A model generated the notes under the pieces. It did no database searches, was not told the DNA's origin, and worked only from the letters and a program-made list of their open reading frames with translations. Made by a program: the position numbers and the translations under genes. Positions 9,457 through 19,286 of a DNA stretch of 53,537 nt are shown piece by piece. This DNA is from Pyrinomonadaceae bacterium (GTDB lineage: Bacteria; Acidobacteriota; Blastocatellia; Pyrinomonadales; Pyrinomonadaceae). How positions within the stretch are numbered: the first letter of the stretch is position 1; the number at the start of each line of letters is the position of its first letter. The stretch spans positions 1 through 53,537 of the forward strand of contig JBDTZD010000312.1 in assembly GCA_040005335.1 (NCBI GenBank). Reading direction: 5' to 3'.

Positions 9457-10081
9457 TTTTCAAAGGCTAATTCAATCTCCGGTTGAAGCATATCAGGAGG
9501 GACTGCGCTTTTTTATGGGAGAAGGTATTTTGAATGAAACTCTCCGCCGCGTGGTGAGAGATTTGGAAAACCATGGAATCAGCTATTCTCTAATTGGCGC
9601 CGTTGCTCTCAACGCGCATGGCTATCGGCGTTTTACGGAAGATATAGATTTGCTCTTGACGCGCGAAGGGCTAGAAAAATTTAGCCAAGAACTTGTTGGA
9701 GCGGGTTATCGTCCTTTATTCGCGGGGGCGAAAAAGCGTTTCCGTGAAACCGTTGACAATGTGACCATTGAAATTATCACTACCGGCGAATTTCCGGGCG
9801 ACGGTTTGCCAAAGCCTGTCCAGTTTCCTTCCCCGGACGAAAATTTTACGGAAATTGATAACATCAAAACACTTAATTTAGAAAAAATGATTGAGTTAAA
9901 ACTGGCTTCGGGTATGACTGCACCGCACCGTTTGAAAGATTTGGCGGACGTGCAGGAATTAATAAAAATAAGAAACTTGGGCTCAGATTTTGCCAATAAA
10001 CTCAATCCGTTCGTCCGCGAAAAATTTATAGAATTGCAAGGTGCTGTTGAGCAATCTAAAAGCGGGAATTTTAATGATTGA
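9449..10081 (+). CDS. Nucleotidyltransferase-fold protein of unknown function
   Basis: GAVALNAHGYRRFTEDIDLLL resembles the hG[GS]-x(n)-DhD NTase signature. C-terminal RLKDLADVQELI. Overlaps truA by 8 nt and uppS by 8 nt. Confidence 0.4.
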   Translation: MTDFQRLIQSPVEAYQEGLRFFMGEGILNETLRRVVRDLENHGISYSLIGAVALNAHGYRRFTEDIDLLLTREGLEKFSQELVGAGYRPLFAGAKKRFRETVDNVTIEIITTGEFPGDGLPKPVQFPSPDENFTEIDNIKTLNLEKMIELKLASGMTAPHRLKDLADVQELIKIRNLGSDFANKLNPFVREKFIELQGAVEQSKSGNFND

Positions 10082-10853
10082 GAATTTTTCCACCATTGTT
10101 GAGCCGAATACGCCCGATGCCGCGTATTTGGAGCGGATTGATTGGACGCGCATTCCGCGTCACGTCGCCGTAATTATGGACGGCAATGGGCGCTGGGCTG
10201 CCGCTCGAAACCAGCCGCGTATTTTCGGGCATCGAGCCGGAGTCGAATCGGTGCGGGCAATTGTTGAAACAGGTGCTCGGCTTGGTTTACAAGCGTTAAC
10301 GCTTTACGCTTTTTCTACCGAAAACTGGAAACGCCCACCGCTTGAAGTTTCGGCTTTAATGCGAATGCTGCGCCGGTATTTACGGCTTGAGATTGATAAT
10401 TTAGACAAACAGAAGATTCGTTTTCAGGCAATCGGCCGCGTCGAGGCTTTGCCTGCAGCAGTTAAAAAAGATTTGGCTGAAGCGACCGAGCAAACTAAAG
10501 ATAATAGCGGTATGGTTTTGAGCGTCGCGTTAAATTACGGCGGACGTTCTGAAATTGTTGATGCCTGCCAGTCGGCGGTCAGGGGGATATTAGAACGCGG
10601 CGAAAACCTCGACGACTTTAGCGAAAAGCATATTGCCGAAAAACTATATACGCGAGGGCTTCCGGAACTTGATTTGCTGATCAGAACAAGCGGTGAAATG
10701 CGCGTTTCAAACTTTCTACTGTGGCAAGTCGCTTACAGCGAAATTTTTGTCACCAAAACTTTATTTCCGGATTTTAGGCGGCGCGATTTGCTCGAAGCAG
10801 TCGTGGATTTTCAACACAGAGAACGCCGCTTCGGAAGCATAAAGGCTAAGTAA
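10074..10853 (+). CDS. uppS: Isoprenyl transferase (undecaprenyl-diphosphate synthase)
   Basis: HVAVIMDGNGRWA and RTSGEMRVSNFLLWQVAYSE. ATG at 10074 is preferred to the GTG at 10041. Confidence 0.9.
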   Translation: MIENFSTIVEPNTPDAAYLERIDWTRIPRHVAVIMDGNGRWAAARNQPRIFGHRAGVESVRAIVETGARLGLQALTLYAFSTENWKRPPLEVSALMRMLRRYLRLEIDNLDKQKIRFQAIGRVEALPAAVKKDLAEATEQTKDNSGMVLSVALNYGGRSEIVDACQSAVRGILERGENLDDFSEKHIAEKLYTRGLPELDLLIRTSGEMRVSNFLLWQVAYSEIFVTKTLFPDFRRRDLLEAVVDFQHRERRFGSIKAK

Positions 10854-10961
10854 CGGAAAACTGAAAATGGAAAACCGAAGATAAATTAAACACACAGTTT
10901 TGATTTATGGACAGGGGACCAATGCAGCTTTTCGTTTTCCATTTTCAGTTTTCCGTTTTCC
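10854..10961. repeat. Inverted repeat built from tandem heptamers (GGAAAAC TGAAAAT GGAAAAC / complement)
   Basis: A 22-nt perfect arm cggaaaactgaaaatggaaaac (10854-10875) is the exact reverse complement of 10934-10955, across a 58-nt spacer. An extra gttttcc copy follows at 10955-10961. Confidence 0.8.
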
Positions 10962-10964
10962 ATT

Positions 10965-12212
10965 ATGTTGTATCTGTCGCAAATTTTGGGCGCGCCGATT
11001 CTTGATCGCGATGGCGAGCAAGTCGCTAAAATCCGCGATGTCGTTGTGCAGTTCGGCGAAGACGAACATCCGCCCCTGATTGGTTTGGTGGCGCGTTATC
11101 GCCGTCGGCTGTTTTTTATGCCGAGTATTAGCCTCAAAGATTTTAGTGAGCGCGGTATCCGGCTTAATACAGACGTTCTGGATTTAAGTCCATTCGCGCG
11201 TCGCGAAGGAGAAATTTTGCTGGCGCGAGACGTTTTGGACAGACAGTTGATTGATGTTGACGGCAAACGCGTTGTTCGCGTCAATGATGTCCAGCTAATT
11301 GAGGTTGGCCACGGATGGCACGTCACTGGCGCGGACGTTTCGATGCGCGGGCTGTGGCGGCGTTTGATGCCGATTGGTTTTTACGGGTCAAGCACGCCCA
11401 TTGAAGTTATTGATTGGGCGGACGTCGGATATTTGGCGACCGACACAGCGACAGCGAACGTGCAGCTTAAATCTTCCAAAGACAAACTTGCCCGCCTTCA
11501 TCCGGTTGAAATTGCTGCTCTGATTGAATCGCTCTCGCCAATTCATCGCACGGAAATTGTCGAATCGCTCGATTTTGAAATTGCCGCCGACACGCTCGAA
11601 GAAATGGATGAGGAATCGCAGGCGAGAATTTTGGATGAAATGGATGAGGAACGTGCCGCCGATATTCTGGAACATATGTCGCCGGATGATGCGGTTGACG
11701 TCCTTAACGAGTTGTCTGAGGAAAAAGCGGAAGAGCTTTTCGATTTGATGGAAGGCGAAGAAAAAGAAAACGTCGCCGAACTTCTCTCTTACAAATCTGA
11801 CACGGCAGGCGGTTTGATGACAACTGAATTTTTGACGATCCCGCGTAATCTGACAGTTGGTGAAACGCTCGCCCGGCTCCGCGAAATGGCGGAAACGCCG
11901 AATATGATTTATTACCTCTATGTTACGGAAGAAGAAAATTCATGGAAACTGTCCGGCGTAATTTCACTGAGAAGCATTATTTTGTCTGACCCAAACGCTT
12001 TGGTCGAAGATGTGATGCGCGACGAATTTCAATCTGCCGCGCCCGATGACGATGCCGAAGACGCAGCGCAAAAAATCTCTGAATACAATTTGCTTGCACT
12101 TCCCGTTGTTGACGAAATTGGCGATATTCTTGGAATCATTACGGTTGACGATGCAATGGAAATCCTGATTCCAGACAGTTGGCAAAAACGCCTGCCGCGA
12201 TTGCTTGGGTAA
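10965..12212 (+). CDS. Soluble MgtE-like protein: PRC-barrel-like N-terminus + MgtE_N acidic helical domain + CBS pair, with no transmembrane domain
   Basis: LHPVEIAALIESL...EEMDEESQARILDEMDEERAADILEHMSPDDAVDVLNEL (MgtE_N). The CBS-type C-terminus ends ITVDDAMEIL. The ORF ends without any hydrophobic segment. Confidence 0.7.
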   Translation: MLYLSQILGAPILDRDGEQVAKIRDVVVQFGEDEHPPLIGLVARYRRRLFFMPSISLKDFSERGIRLNTDVLDLSPFARREGEILLARDVLDRQLIDVDGKRVVRVNDVQLIEVGHGWHVTGADVSMRGLWRRLMPIGFYGSSTPIEVIDWADVGYLATDTATANVQLKSSKDKLARLHPVEIAALIESLSPIHRTEIVESLDFEIAADTLEEMDEESQARILDEMDEERAADILEHMSPDDAVDVLNELSEEKAEELFDLMEGEEKENVAELLSYKSDTAGGLMTTEFLTIPRNLTVGETLARLREMAETPNMIYYLYVTEEENSWKLSGVISLRSIILSDPNALVEDVMRDEFQSAAPDDDAEDAAQKISEYNLLALPVVDEIGDILGIITVDDAMEILIPDSWQKRLPRLLG

Positions 12213-12258
12213 GCGTTCCACGCTTGGCACAACGGTTAGTTTTGAGTATTATTGCCCC

Positions 12259-13227
12259 ATGAAGGAATTGTACCCAGAATTGCAGCCTTTTGAGACGGGA
12301 ATGTTACCCGTTTCAGAGCTGCACACAATTTATTATGAACGCTGCGGCAATCCTGACGGATTGCCAATTGTTTTTCTGCACGGCGGTCCCGGCGGCGGAA
12401 TTACTGAAAGCTACCGCCGTTTCTTTGATCCGGCGGCATACAATATCGTTTTGTTTGACCAGCGAGGTTCGGGGAAATCAACGCCGCACGCTGAATTAGA
12501 AGGCAATACGACCTGGGATATAGTCGCCGATATAGAACGCTTGCGCGAAAAATTTGGAATCGAAAAATGGATTGTTTTCGGCGGTTCGTGGGGCAGCACG
12601 CTGGCTCTAACTTATGCCGAAACTCATCCGATGCGCGTTTCCGGTTTGATTTTGCGCGGAATCTTTTTGTGCCGGCCGTCTGAATTAAGCTGGTTTTATC
12701 AACAAGGCGCAAGTCAAATTTTCCCGGATTTTTGGGAACCGTATCGCGATGCTATTCCAGAAAATGAACGCGGTGATATGATGCAGGCTTATTACAAACG
12801 CATGACCAGCGACGACGAGAAAACCCGGCTGGATGCTTGTCGCGCGTGGAGCGTCTGGGAAGGCAGCACGTCAAAACTTTATCCCGACACAGCACTGATT
12901 GACCATTTCGCGGGTGACAAAGAATCTCTCGCGCTGGCCAGAATTGAATGTCACTATTTCGTCAACAATTGCTTTTTTCCGACAGATAATTACCTACTCG
13001 AAAATATCGAGAAAATTCGGCACATTCCAACCGTGATTGTACAGGGGCGTTACGATGTAGTTTGCCCGGCGACGAGCGCCTGGAATTTGCATAAAGCGTT
13101 TCCAGAATCGTCGCTGACAATTGTTCCGGCTGCCGGACATTCGGTGAGCGAGCCCGGAATCACATCGGCTTTAGTTGAAGCAACCGATAAAATTCGCGAC
13201 TTTAATCGTGAATTAAAAGGGACGTAA
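12259..13227 (+). CDS. pip: Prolyl aminopeptidase (proline iminopeptidase)
   Basis: FLHGGPGGG, GGSWGSTLAL nucleophile elbow, PAAGHS. ATG at 12259. Confidence 0.9.
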   Translation: MKELYPELQPFETGMLPVSELHTIYYERCGNPDGLPIVFLHGGPGGGITESYRRFFDPAAYNIVLFDQRGSGKSTPHAELEGNTTWDIVADIERLREKFGIEKWIVFGGSWGSTLALTYAETHPMRVSGLILRGIFLCRPSELSWFYQQGASQIFPDFWEPYRDAIPENERGDMMQAYYKRMTSDDEKTRLDACRAWSVWEGSTSKLYPDTALIDHFAGDKESLALARIECHYFVNNCFFPTDNYLLENIEKIRHIPTVIVQGRYDVVCPATSAWNLHKAFPESSLTIVPAAGHSVSEPGITSALVEATDKIRDFNRELKGT

Positions 13228-13290
13228 CAACTTTTTGTTAAATTGCATCTAATCTGAACCTTCACTTAAAAAAGAACGAACAGAGAAAAC

Positions 13291-13833
13291 ATGACCGGAC
13301 GAGTTTTAGTCCTCAACGCATCATACGAACCAATCAACGTCTGTACGGAACGCCGCGCGGTGGTAATGATTTTTAAGGGCGTGGCGCGGATGGAAGAACA
13401 CAACGGACATCAGCTTCATTCTTCGAAACTCACGATGGAAGCGCCTTCGGTGATTCGCCTGATGGAATACCGCCACATTCCGCACGAACGGCGTTCGCTC
13501 TCACGCAAAAACATTTTGCTGCGTGACCAATACACTTGCCAATACTGCAAGAAAGTTATGCAGCCCGCTGAACTAACCCTCGATCACGTTCAGCCGCGCT
13601 CGCGCGGCGGCGAATCAACGTGGGATAATTTAGTGGCTTGCTGCAAACGCTGCAATCACAAAAAAGGTAATCAGACGCCGGACGAAGCAGGAATGAAACT
13701 ATTAAAGCGTCCGCGCCCGTTTTCGCTTCACGTCAATCGCCAGATTATGCGCTACTTGGGACGAACCGATCAGACTTGGCGCAAATATCTTTACTACGAA
13801 TCAGCAGATTTGCACGAGACGGCTTTTTCTTGA
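13291..13833 (+). CDS. HNH endonuclease family protein
   Basis: CQYC...[31 protein letters not shown]. Confidence 0.8.
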   Translation: MTGRVLVLNASYEPINVCTERRAVVMIFKGVARMEEHNGHQLHSSKLTMEAPSVIRLMEYRHIPHERRSLSRKNILLRDQYTCQYCKKVMQPAELTLDHVQPRSRGGESTWDNLVACCKRCNHKKGNQTPDEAGMKLLKRPRPFSLHVNRQIMRYLGRTDQTWRKYLYYESADLHETAFS

Positions 13834-13948
13834 AACTTGGAAAATTTGTTCGCAAAGTGTGTGAGAGGTTAGGCAAACTTGCGCGGAATGGGCTAAACTT
13901 TACTATTGACACTTGCGTCAAAGGTTTAAGCTCAAAGGAATCATCAAA

Positions 13949-14218
13949 ATGCTAGGACTAGGAACCACCGAACTTATTTTAATCGTCGCTGTTCTGTTTT
14001 TGCTCTTCGGCGCATCACGCTTGCCACAACTGGCAAAATCTTTGGGTCAGAGTCGCAAGGCTTTTAAAGAAGGGATGAAAGAAGCCGAAGACGATTTCGA
14101 AGATGAGGAAGAAGAAAAACGGCGGTTTAGCAAACCTCGTGCGCCACAACTTTCTGCTCTGAGCGATGACGAACTACTCGAAGAAGCTCGTCGCCGCGCC
14201 GCTGTGCGCCGCGATTAA
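13949..14218 (+). CDS. tatA: Twin-arginine translocase TatA/E family subunit
   Basis: MLGLGTTELILIVAVLFLLFGASRLPQLAKSLGQSRKAFKEG. RBS aaaggaa upstream of the ATG at 13949. Confidence 0.85.
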   Translation: MLGLGTTELILIVAVLFLLFGASRLPQLAKSLGQSRKAFKEGMKEAEDDFEDEEEEKRRFSKPRAPQLSALSDDELLEEARRRAAVRRD

Positions 14219-14237
14219 AGGGTAAAATTATTTAATT

Positions 14238-15122
14238 TTGTTTGTTGGCGGGTTTACAGCAACCCGCCATTTGTTTGTAATGCGCGCCATGAAAGGTTCT
14301 CTCTACGTCTTCTATTCATTTCTGACAAACGGTTCTGCGCCCCAATCGTTTATTGGTGCAAGGTGGATTACGACAATGCTCAGACGCGCCCCTGCTTCGT
14401 TTAAAAGACCTTTAGCGCTCAGAGTTTTGGGACTGTCGCCGCATTATTTTCTACCTTATTTTGATCCGGCTTATGACAAACTTTCTCACCGACAATTTTT
14501 GGAAGCCGAATTTGCACGTAATCGCAAGGGGCGCGAAAAGATTTCGCGCGAAATTCTGCAAAGATTTGTCAGCGCAAATGATACGGTTTTGGATTACGGT
14601 TGCGGTCCCGGTTTTCTAGCGCATGCGGTTGCGCCGCACGTTCGACAGGTTTACGCACTCGACATTTCACGCGGGGCGTTGGAATGTGCCAAGATTTTGA
14701 ACGGCGCTGACAACATCAAATATCTCTTTGCTTTGAACGAAGAAAAAGAACGGATTGCCGATGAAAGCCTTGATGTAGTTTATTCATTCGCCGTTATCCA
14801 GCATGTGACCGATGAAATTTTGCGGGAAATCCTAGCGTTTTGTTTTAGAAAATTAAGGTCGGGAGGAAAACTCGTTTTGCAGGTTCAGCTTGAAGAAACT
14901 GGTTGGCGAACTGAAGAGCAATGGAACGCGGACAAATCGCTTGCCGGACGGGTTCGCCTGTCGCAAGGCTTACACTGTTTCGCGCGAACAGCCGAAACCG
15001 TTGGGGAAATAGTCACTAAATCTGGTTTTAGTAGCATCGAATTTAAAAATGTCAGCGAGATGGTCGCGGAAGATTTTGACGACATTTGCCGAACCCAAAT
15101 TTTGCTAGCAATCAAAACTTAG
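14238..15122 (+). CDS. Class I SAM-dependent methyltransferase
   Basis: VLDYGCGPGFLA motif I. Start uncertain; several in-frame Met. Confidence 0.7.
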   Translation: MFVGGFTATRHLFVMRAMKGSLYVFYSFLTNGSAPQSFIGARWITTMLRRAPASFKRPLALRVLGLSPHYFLPYFDPAYDKLSHRQFLEAEFARNRKGREKISREILQRFVSANDTVLDYGCGPGFLAHAVAPHVRQVYALDISRGALECAKILNGADNIKYLFALNEEKERIADESLDVVYSFAVIQHVTDEILREILAFCFRKLRSGGKLVLQVQLEETGWRTEEQWNADKSLAGRVRLSQGLHCFARTAETVGEIVTKSGFSSIEFKNVSEMVAEDFDDICRTQILLAIKT

Positions 15123-15946
15123 TTTTTTGTTGCCGTCACGAGCGTCATTTTTACTGTCAGCAGAAAATTATGTCCTTCATTTGAATCGTTAATGACTTTT
15201 TCGATTGTGCGCATCAATTTGACTTGTTTTGCCTCTGGAACAAAACCTGTCCAGGTCGGGAAAAGGAAATCGGAAATTAGCGGCGAGCGTAAAAATCTAT
15301 CTCCCGTTTCAAACTCAAAAAGCTCGGTGCTGGTATTTACCTCAATTTTCTTAAAACCGGCGTTTGCCGCAACATCCTCAACATCGGATATGGTCGGCAA
15401 ATTATTAATCAAATTTTCAATTTCAGCCGCCATCTCTGTCATTTCGAGCGCGTATAAAGCTTCCCAATAAATCGAGAAAAATTCGCCGAAGCTGCCCGCC
15501 GTCGGCAGCACGAACGCCACGTTGCCCTTGCGATCTACGACACGAAAAAGCTCTTGCCAAACTGCGAGCAGGCGCGTTGTAGCGAGAAAAGATGCGTCGC
15601 AAATCACTGTGCCAAAAGCCGCATCGGGAAAATTAAGCTTGTGCGGATAAGAGTTTTGAAAATGAATGGGAGCATTAACGGCTTTAGATTTGGCTTGAGC
15701 GATGTTAAGACGTTCTGCATCTGATTCAGTGCCGAACACTTCGACTTTTTCATCGAGCTTTCCTCGCAATTCAATGACATGATTGCCCGTTCCGGCTTCG
15801 ACATACAAAAATTGCCCGTCATCAGGCAGTTTAATGTTTTTATCTACAAGCTCAGCGAAGCGTTCGCTCCAATCTGTCGCCACGTAAAGATCGTGCAAAT
15901 AAGCTAGTTCTTTGGCTGATTTGTTTGACAAAGCTGCTTCCGGCAT
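15119..15946 (-). CDS. Class I SAM-dependent methyltransferase
   Basis: YVEAGTGNHVIEL motif I. AAGGAG lies 5 nt upstream of the ATG at 15946. Confidence 0.65.
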   Translation of the reverse strand: MPEAALSNKSAKELAYLHDLYVATDWSERFAELVDKNIKLPDDGQFLYVEAGTGNHVIELRGKLDEKVEVFGTESDAERLNIAQAKSKAVNAPIHFQNSYPHKLNFPDAAFGTVICDASFLATTRLLAVWQELFRVVDRKGNVAFVLPTAGSFGEFFSIYWEALYALEMTEMAAEIENLINNLPTISDVEDVAANAGFKKIEVNTSTELFEFETGDRFLRSPLISDFLFPTWTGFVPEAKQVKLMRTIEKVINDSNEGHNFLLTVKMTLVTATKN

Positions 15947-16017
15947 AATTCTCCTTCGCGTTAAATTGCTTTTCACTCAATAATACAGTAAAACGATGAA
16001 GTTTTAGAAAAAATTTT

Positions 16018-16791
16018 ATGGCGAAACATATCCGGGAACTTTTCGATCTAACAGGCAAAACTGCTATTGTCACGGGCGGCTCGCGCGGGTTGGGCAAAGA
16101 AATGGCGGAAGCGCTCGGCGAAGCAGGAGCTAAATTGATGCTCTGTGCACGGCGCGCCGAATGGCTTGAACCAACCGTTGCCGAATTTCGCGCTCGCGGT
16201 TTCGAGTGTCAAGCCGCACTCTGCGATGTCGCGCAGCCCGAACAAGTTCAAGCTGTGATTGATCAAACCACAAATGCATTCGGCAAAATTGATGTATTAA
16301 TCAACAACGCCGGAATTTCGTGGGGCGCGATGCCCGAAGAAATGCCGCTCGAACGATGGAAACAAGTTCTTGATGTTAATTTAACGGGCTGTTTTTTGTT
16401 TGCCCAAGCCGCTGGGCGCGAAATGCTCAAACAGAAAAGCGGCTCTATTATCAACATCACTTCAATTGCCGGTTTAAGTTCGAGCGCAAACGGCCCCTTT
16501 TATGCGGGTTACGCGGCGAGCAAAGCCGGATTGATTGGTTTAACGAGAGAACTTGCCGCAAGCTGGGGACGCCGCGGCGTGCGCGTCAACGCCGTTGCAC
16601 CCGGTTTTTTTCACTCGCGCCTCGCGGACGCCGTAATTGACAAATACGAAGCAGACATTCGCGAAAACAACCCGATTCCGCGCATCGGTGCGGAAGGCGA
16701 ACTCAAAGGCGTCGCGGTGTTTCTCGCTTCGGATGCGTCAAGCTACGTTACCGGACAAACAATCGTTGTGGACGGCGGAATGACTGTCTAG
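16018..16791 (+). CDS. SDR-family oxidoreductase
   Basis: TGGSRGLG cofactor motif, NNAG, YAASKAG catalytic motif. Confidence 0.85.
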   Translation: MAKHIRELFDLTGKTAIVTGGSRGLGKEMAEALGEAGAKLMLCARRAEWLEPTVAEFRARGFECQAALCDVAQPEQVQAVIDQTTNAFGKIDVLINNAGISWGAMPEEMPLERWKQVLDVNLTGCFLFAQAAGREMLKQKSGSIINITSIAGLSSSANGPFYAGYAASKAGLIGLTRELAASWGRRGVRVNAVAPGFFHSRLADAVIDKYEADIRENNPIPRIGAEGELKGVAVFLASDASSYVTGQTIVVDGGMTV

Positions 16792-16840
16792 CGATTGAAT
16801 TTATAAAGAGAATAGTAACCATTATTAAATACCAATGTTC

Positions 16841-17794
16841 CTAACGCGGCACTTCCACCGATTGAAGAATATCGTTAATTACGGCATCGGTCGTTGCGCC
16901 GTCGAGTTCGGCTTCGGCGCGGAGTGCGAGACGGTGACGCAAAACCGGGCGTGCGACGTCTCTCACGTCATCGGGGGTGGGAAATTCGCGTCCGCGGATT
17001 GCTGCGAGCGCTTTTGAGCAAAGTAGCAGAGCAACCGAAGCGCGGGGGCTGGCACCATACAAAACCGACGGATGATTGCGCGTTCGGCGGACAATTTCAA
17101 CTGTGTAATTTTGCACGCCCGGCTCCATTTTTAGATTTCTCACCTCAGCGCGGCATTGCGCGATTGCGTCGGCAAACGGCAACGGTTCGATGTTTACTTC
17201 TTCGAGTTTTCTTGAATTAAAACCTTCGTCCCAGCGCATGACGATTTCGCGCTCGGCTTCGACGCTCGGGTAATCAATCAAAATTTTGAGCAAAAAGCGG
17301 TCAAGCTGCGCTTCGGGAAGCGAGTAAGTGCCTTCGTATTCAATCGGGTTTTCCGTTGCGAGAACCGTAAAAAGCGGTGAGAGTTGGTGTCGTTCGCCGT
17401 CAATTGTGGCTTGTCTCTCTTCCATTGATTCAAGCAGAGCGGACTGTGTTTTGGGCGGCGTCCGGTTGATTTCGTCGGCAAGCAAAATGTCGGTAAAAAT
17501 TGGCCCTTTGCGGAGGGTAAATTCGGACGTGCCAAAGTTAAAAACGTTTGTCCCAATAATGTCCGAAGGCATTAAATCCGGCGTAAACTGAATTCGCGAA
17601 AAATCAGCGCCGATAATTCGCGCCAGCGTTTTAACGATCAGAGTTTTAGCCGTGCCGGGAACGCCCTCGATCAAGGCGTGACCTTCGGCCAAAATTGCCA
17701 CCAGGATTTGTTCGATAATTTCGTCTTGTCCGACGACCGTTTTGCGCAGTTCGGCGCGGATGTGCTCGATAGTTGTGGGAACGTATTTTAGCAT
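16841..17794 (-). CDS. MoxR-family AAA+ ATPase
   Basis: GVPGTAKT Walker A, LLADEINR Walker [23 protein letters not shown]. Confidence 0.9.
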   Translation of the reverse strand: MLKYVPTTIEHIRAELRKTVVGQDEIIEQILVAILAEGHALIEGVPGTAKTLIVKTLARIIGADFSRIQFTPDLMPSDIIGTNVFNFGTSEFTLRKGPIFTDILLADEINRTPPKTQSALLESMEERQATIDGERHQLSPLFTVLATENPIEYEGTYSLPEAQLDRFLLKILIDYPSVEAEREIVMRWDEGFNSRKLEEVNIEPLPFADAIAQCRAEVRNLKMEPGVQNYTVEIVRRTRNHPSVLYGASPRASVALLLCSKALAAIRGREFPTPDDVRDVARPVLRHRLALRAEAELDGATTDAVINDILQSVEVPR

Positions 17795-17819
17795 TCTAAT
17801 TCCAGGGAAAATAACTTAG

Positions 17820-18473
17820 TCAGTATGTCAATAAATTTGGCGGCAAATGCGAAAATTTGATTTCGCTCGTGTAAACGTCTTTTTGTTCGGCATCAATTAA
17901 AAGCTTGATAACCGCCGTATTCGGAATATTTATCGCTTTCATAAACAGAAAAAATGCCCGCATTACTTCGGCGGTCGCATCTTGTGCGACAAGCATCTGC
18001 CAAAGCATTGCCCGCGCAAACTGAGCGTGACAAAAAATCACGGTTTTATCCGGCGCGCCCGTAACAATTTTATCAATCGCGTCTTTCGCCCTCCGCCAGA
18101 ATGAAGCAAATGATTCTGCACCTTTGCCGTCGCAATATGCAGGATCACTCCGCGCCCAAAAAGCATCAACAAGCGGCTTGCGTTCAGCGAAAGTGCTGTC
18201 GCGAGTGCTCGCCACGGACAAATAAGTAAACTCCTGCATCGCCCAAGTTTCCACGTTAACTTTAGGAAATTTTTCCAGCAATGGCTCGGCGGTTTGTCTT
18301 GTTCGCAAATAAGGCGAAATGATGATAACTGGCGGAGCTTGATCAAAAAGTGCCGCTACTATTTTGGCTTGTGCCATTCCGCGCGTTGTTAGAGCGACTT
18401 CGGCCGGAACGCTGGTTCGTAAACCGGCGTTGGCTTCGCTTTCGGCGTGTCTGATTAACCAGATTTCTTTCAT
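17820..18473 (-). CDS. Histidine phosphatase family protein
   Basis: IWLIRHAESEAN (RHG-type motif). ATG at 18473 overlaps the TauE stop (TGATG). Confidence 0.7.
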   Translation of the reverse strand: MKEIWLIRHAESEANAGLRTSVPAEVALTTRGMAQAKIVAALFDQAPPVIIISPYLRTRQTAEPLLEKFPKVNVETWAMQEFTYLSVASTRDSTFAERKPLVDAFWARSDPAYCDGKGAESFASFWRRAKDAIDKIVTGAPDKTVIFCHAQFARAMLWQMLVAQDATAEVMRAFFLFMKAINIPNTAVIKLLIDAEQKDVYTSEIKFSHLPPNLLTY

Positions 18474-19252
18474 CAAAAATGAATTTGCGGCAAAACATCG
18501 AGAACCAAGATTTTTATCGCCAAAACCAGAACAGTAGCAAGAAAAATTCTTCTGAGCCAAACATCGCTGATTAGCGTAACAAACTTAGCGCCGACAAAGC
18601 CGGAAACAAACATCGTCACCGCCAAAATCGCGCCCAGTCGGTAATCAATCAATCCTTGCAGCGCGAAAACGATTGTTGCCACAAGCGAAGAAAAAAGGTT
18701 GATGAGCTTGGTGTTAGCGACGGCTTCGGTAAACGTCATGCCGGCCAGAGAGACGTAAACCGCTGTCAGCATTGTGGTGTAGCCGCCGCTGTAGAGCCCG
18801 CCGTAAATTCCCAATAAAAATGTCAGGGAATAAACCCAGAAACCGGCTGAAGGCAGCGAGTTTTCACGTTTTTCGATGCCGACGTTTCGTCTAGCGAATG
18901 AAAAAACTGTCACGAAAATCATCGAAATCGAAATCACCAGCGGCATCAGCCTGCTTGAAATCAACCCAACGAGAAGCGCGCCGAGAGTTGAACCGACAAG
19001 GGTCAACACCACAAACCAGGGCATTCTTTTTCGATCAAAAACATTCTTGCCGACAAATGGAATCGCGCTCCCCAAACTCATAAACGTCAGTCCGAACATA
19101 TTTGTCGCAACCGCCATGCGCGAATCAATCCCGAACTGAAGCATCATCGGAACGGTCACCAGCGAATTGCTGCCAGTTACCACGCCAATAGCGCATGTCA
19201 CGAAGAATACCGCAACCAGCAAAATTAAGGCTAGCCAGGAAAGTGAAGCCAC
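18473..19252 (-). CDS. TauE/SafE-family anion exporter membrane protein
   Basis: 259 aa, about 8 hydrophobic segments, internal duplication typical of the family. Confidence 0.75.
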   Translation of the reverse strand: MASLSWLALILLVAVFFVTCAIGVVTGSNSLVTVPMMLQFGIDSRMAVATNMFGLTFMSLGSAIPFVGKNVFDRKRMPWFVVLTLVGSTLGALLVGLISSRLMPLVISISMIFVTVFSFARRNVGIEKRENSLPSAGFWVYSLTFLLGIYGGLYSGGYTTMLTAVYVSLAGMTFTEAVANTKLINLFSSLVATIVFALQGLIDYRLGAILAVTMFVSGFVGAKFVTLISDVWLRRIFLATVLVLAIKILVLDVLPQIHF

Positions 19253-19286
19253 AGCAGTGAGTTATCTTTACGTTCTAAAACAATTT

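Noticed and set aside
13291-15976. HNH endonuclease plus two methyltransferases as a restriction-modification or defence locus
   Set aside because: The methyltransferases have small-molecule/class I Rossmann motifs only, with no DPPY/NPPY or PCQ DNA-methyltransferase motifs. tatA separates them from the HNH gene. The three genes are on different strands or in different transcription units.
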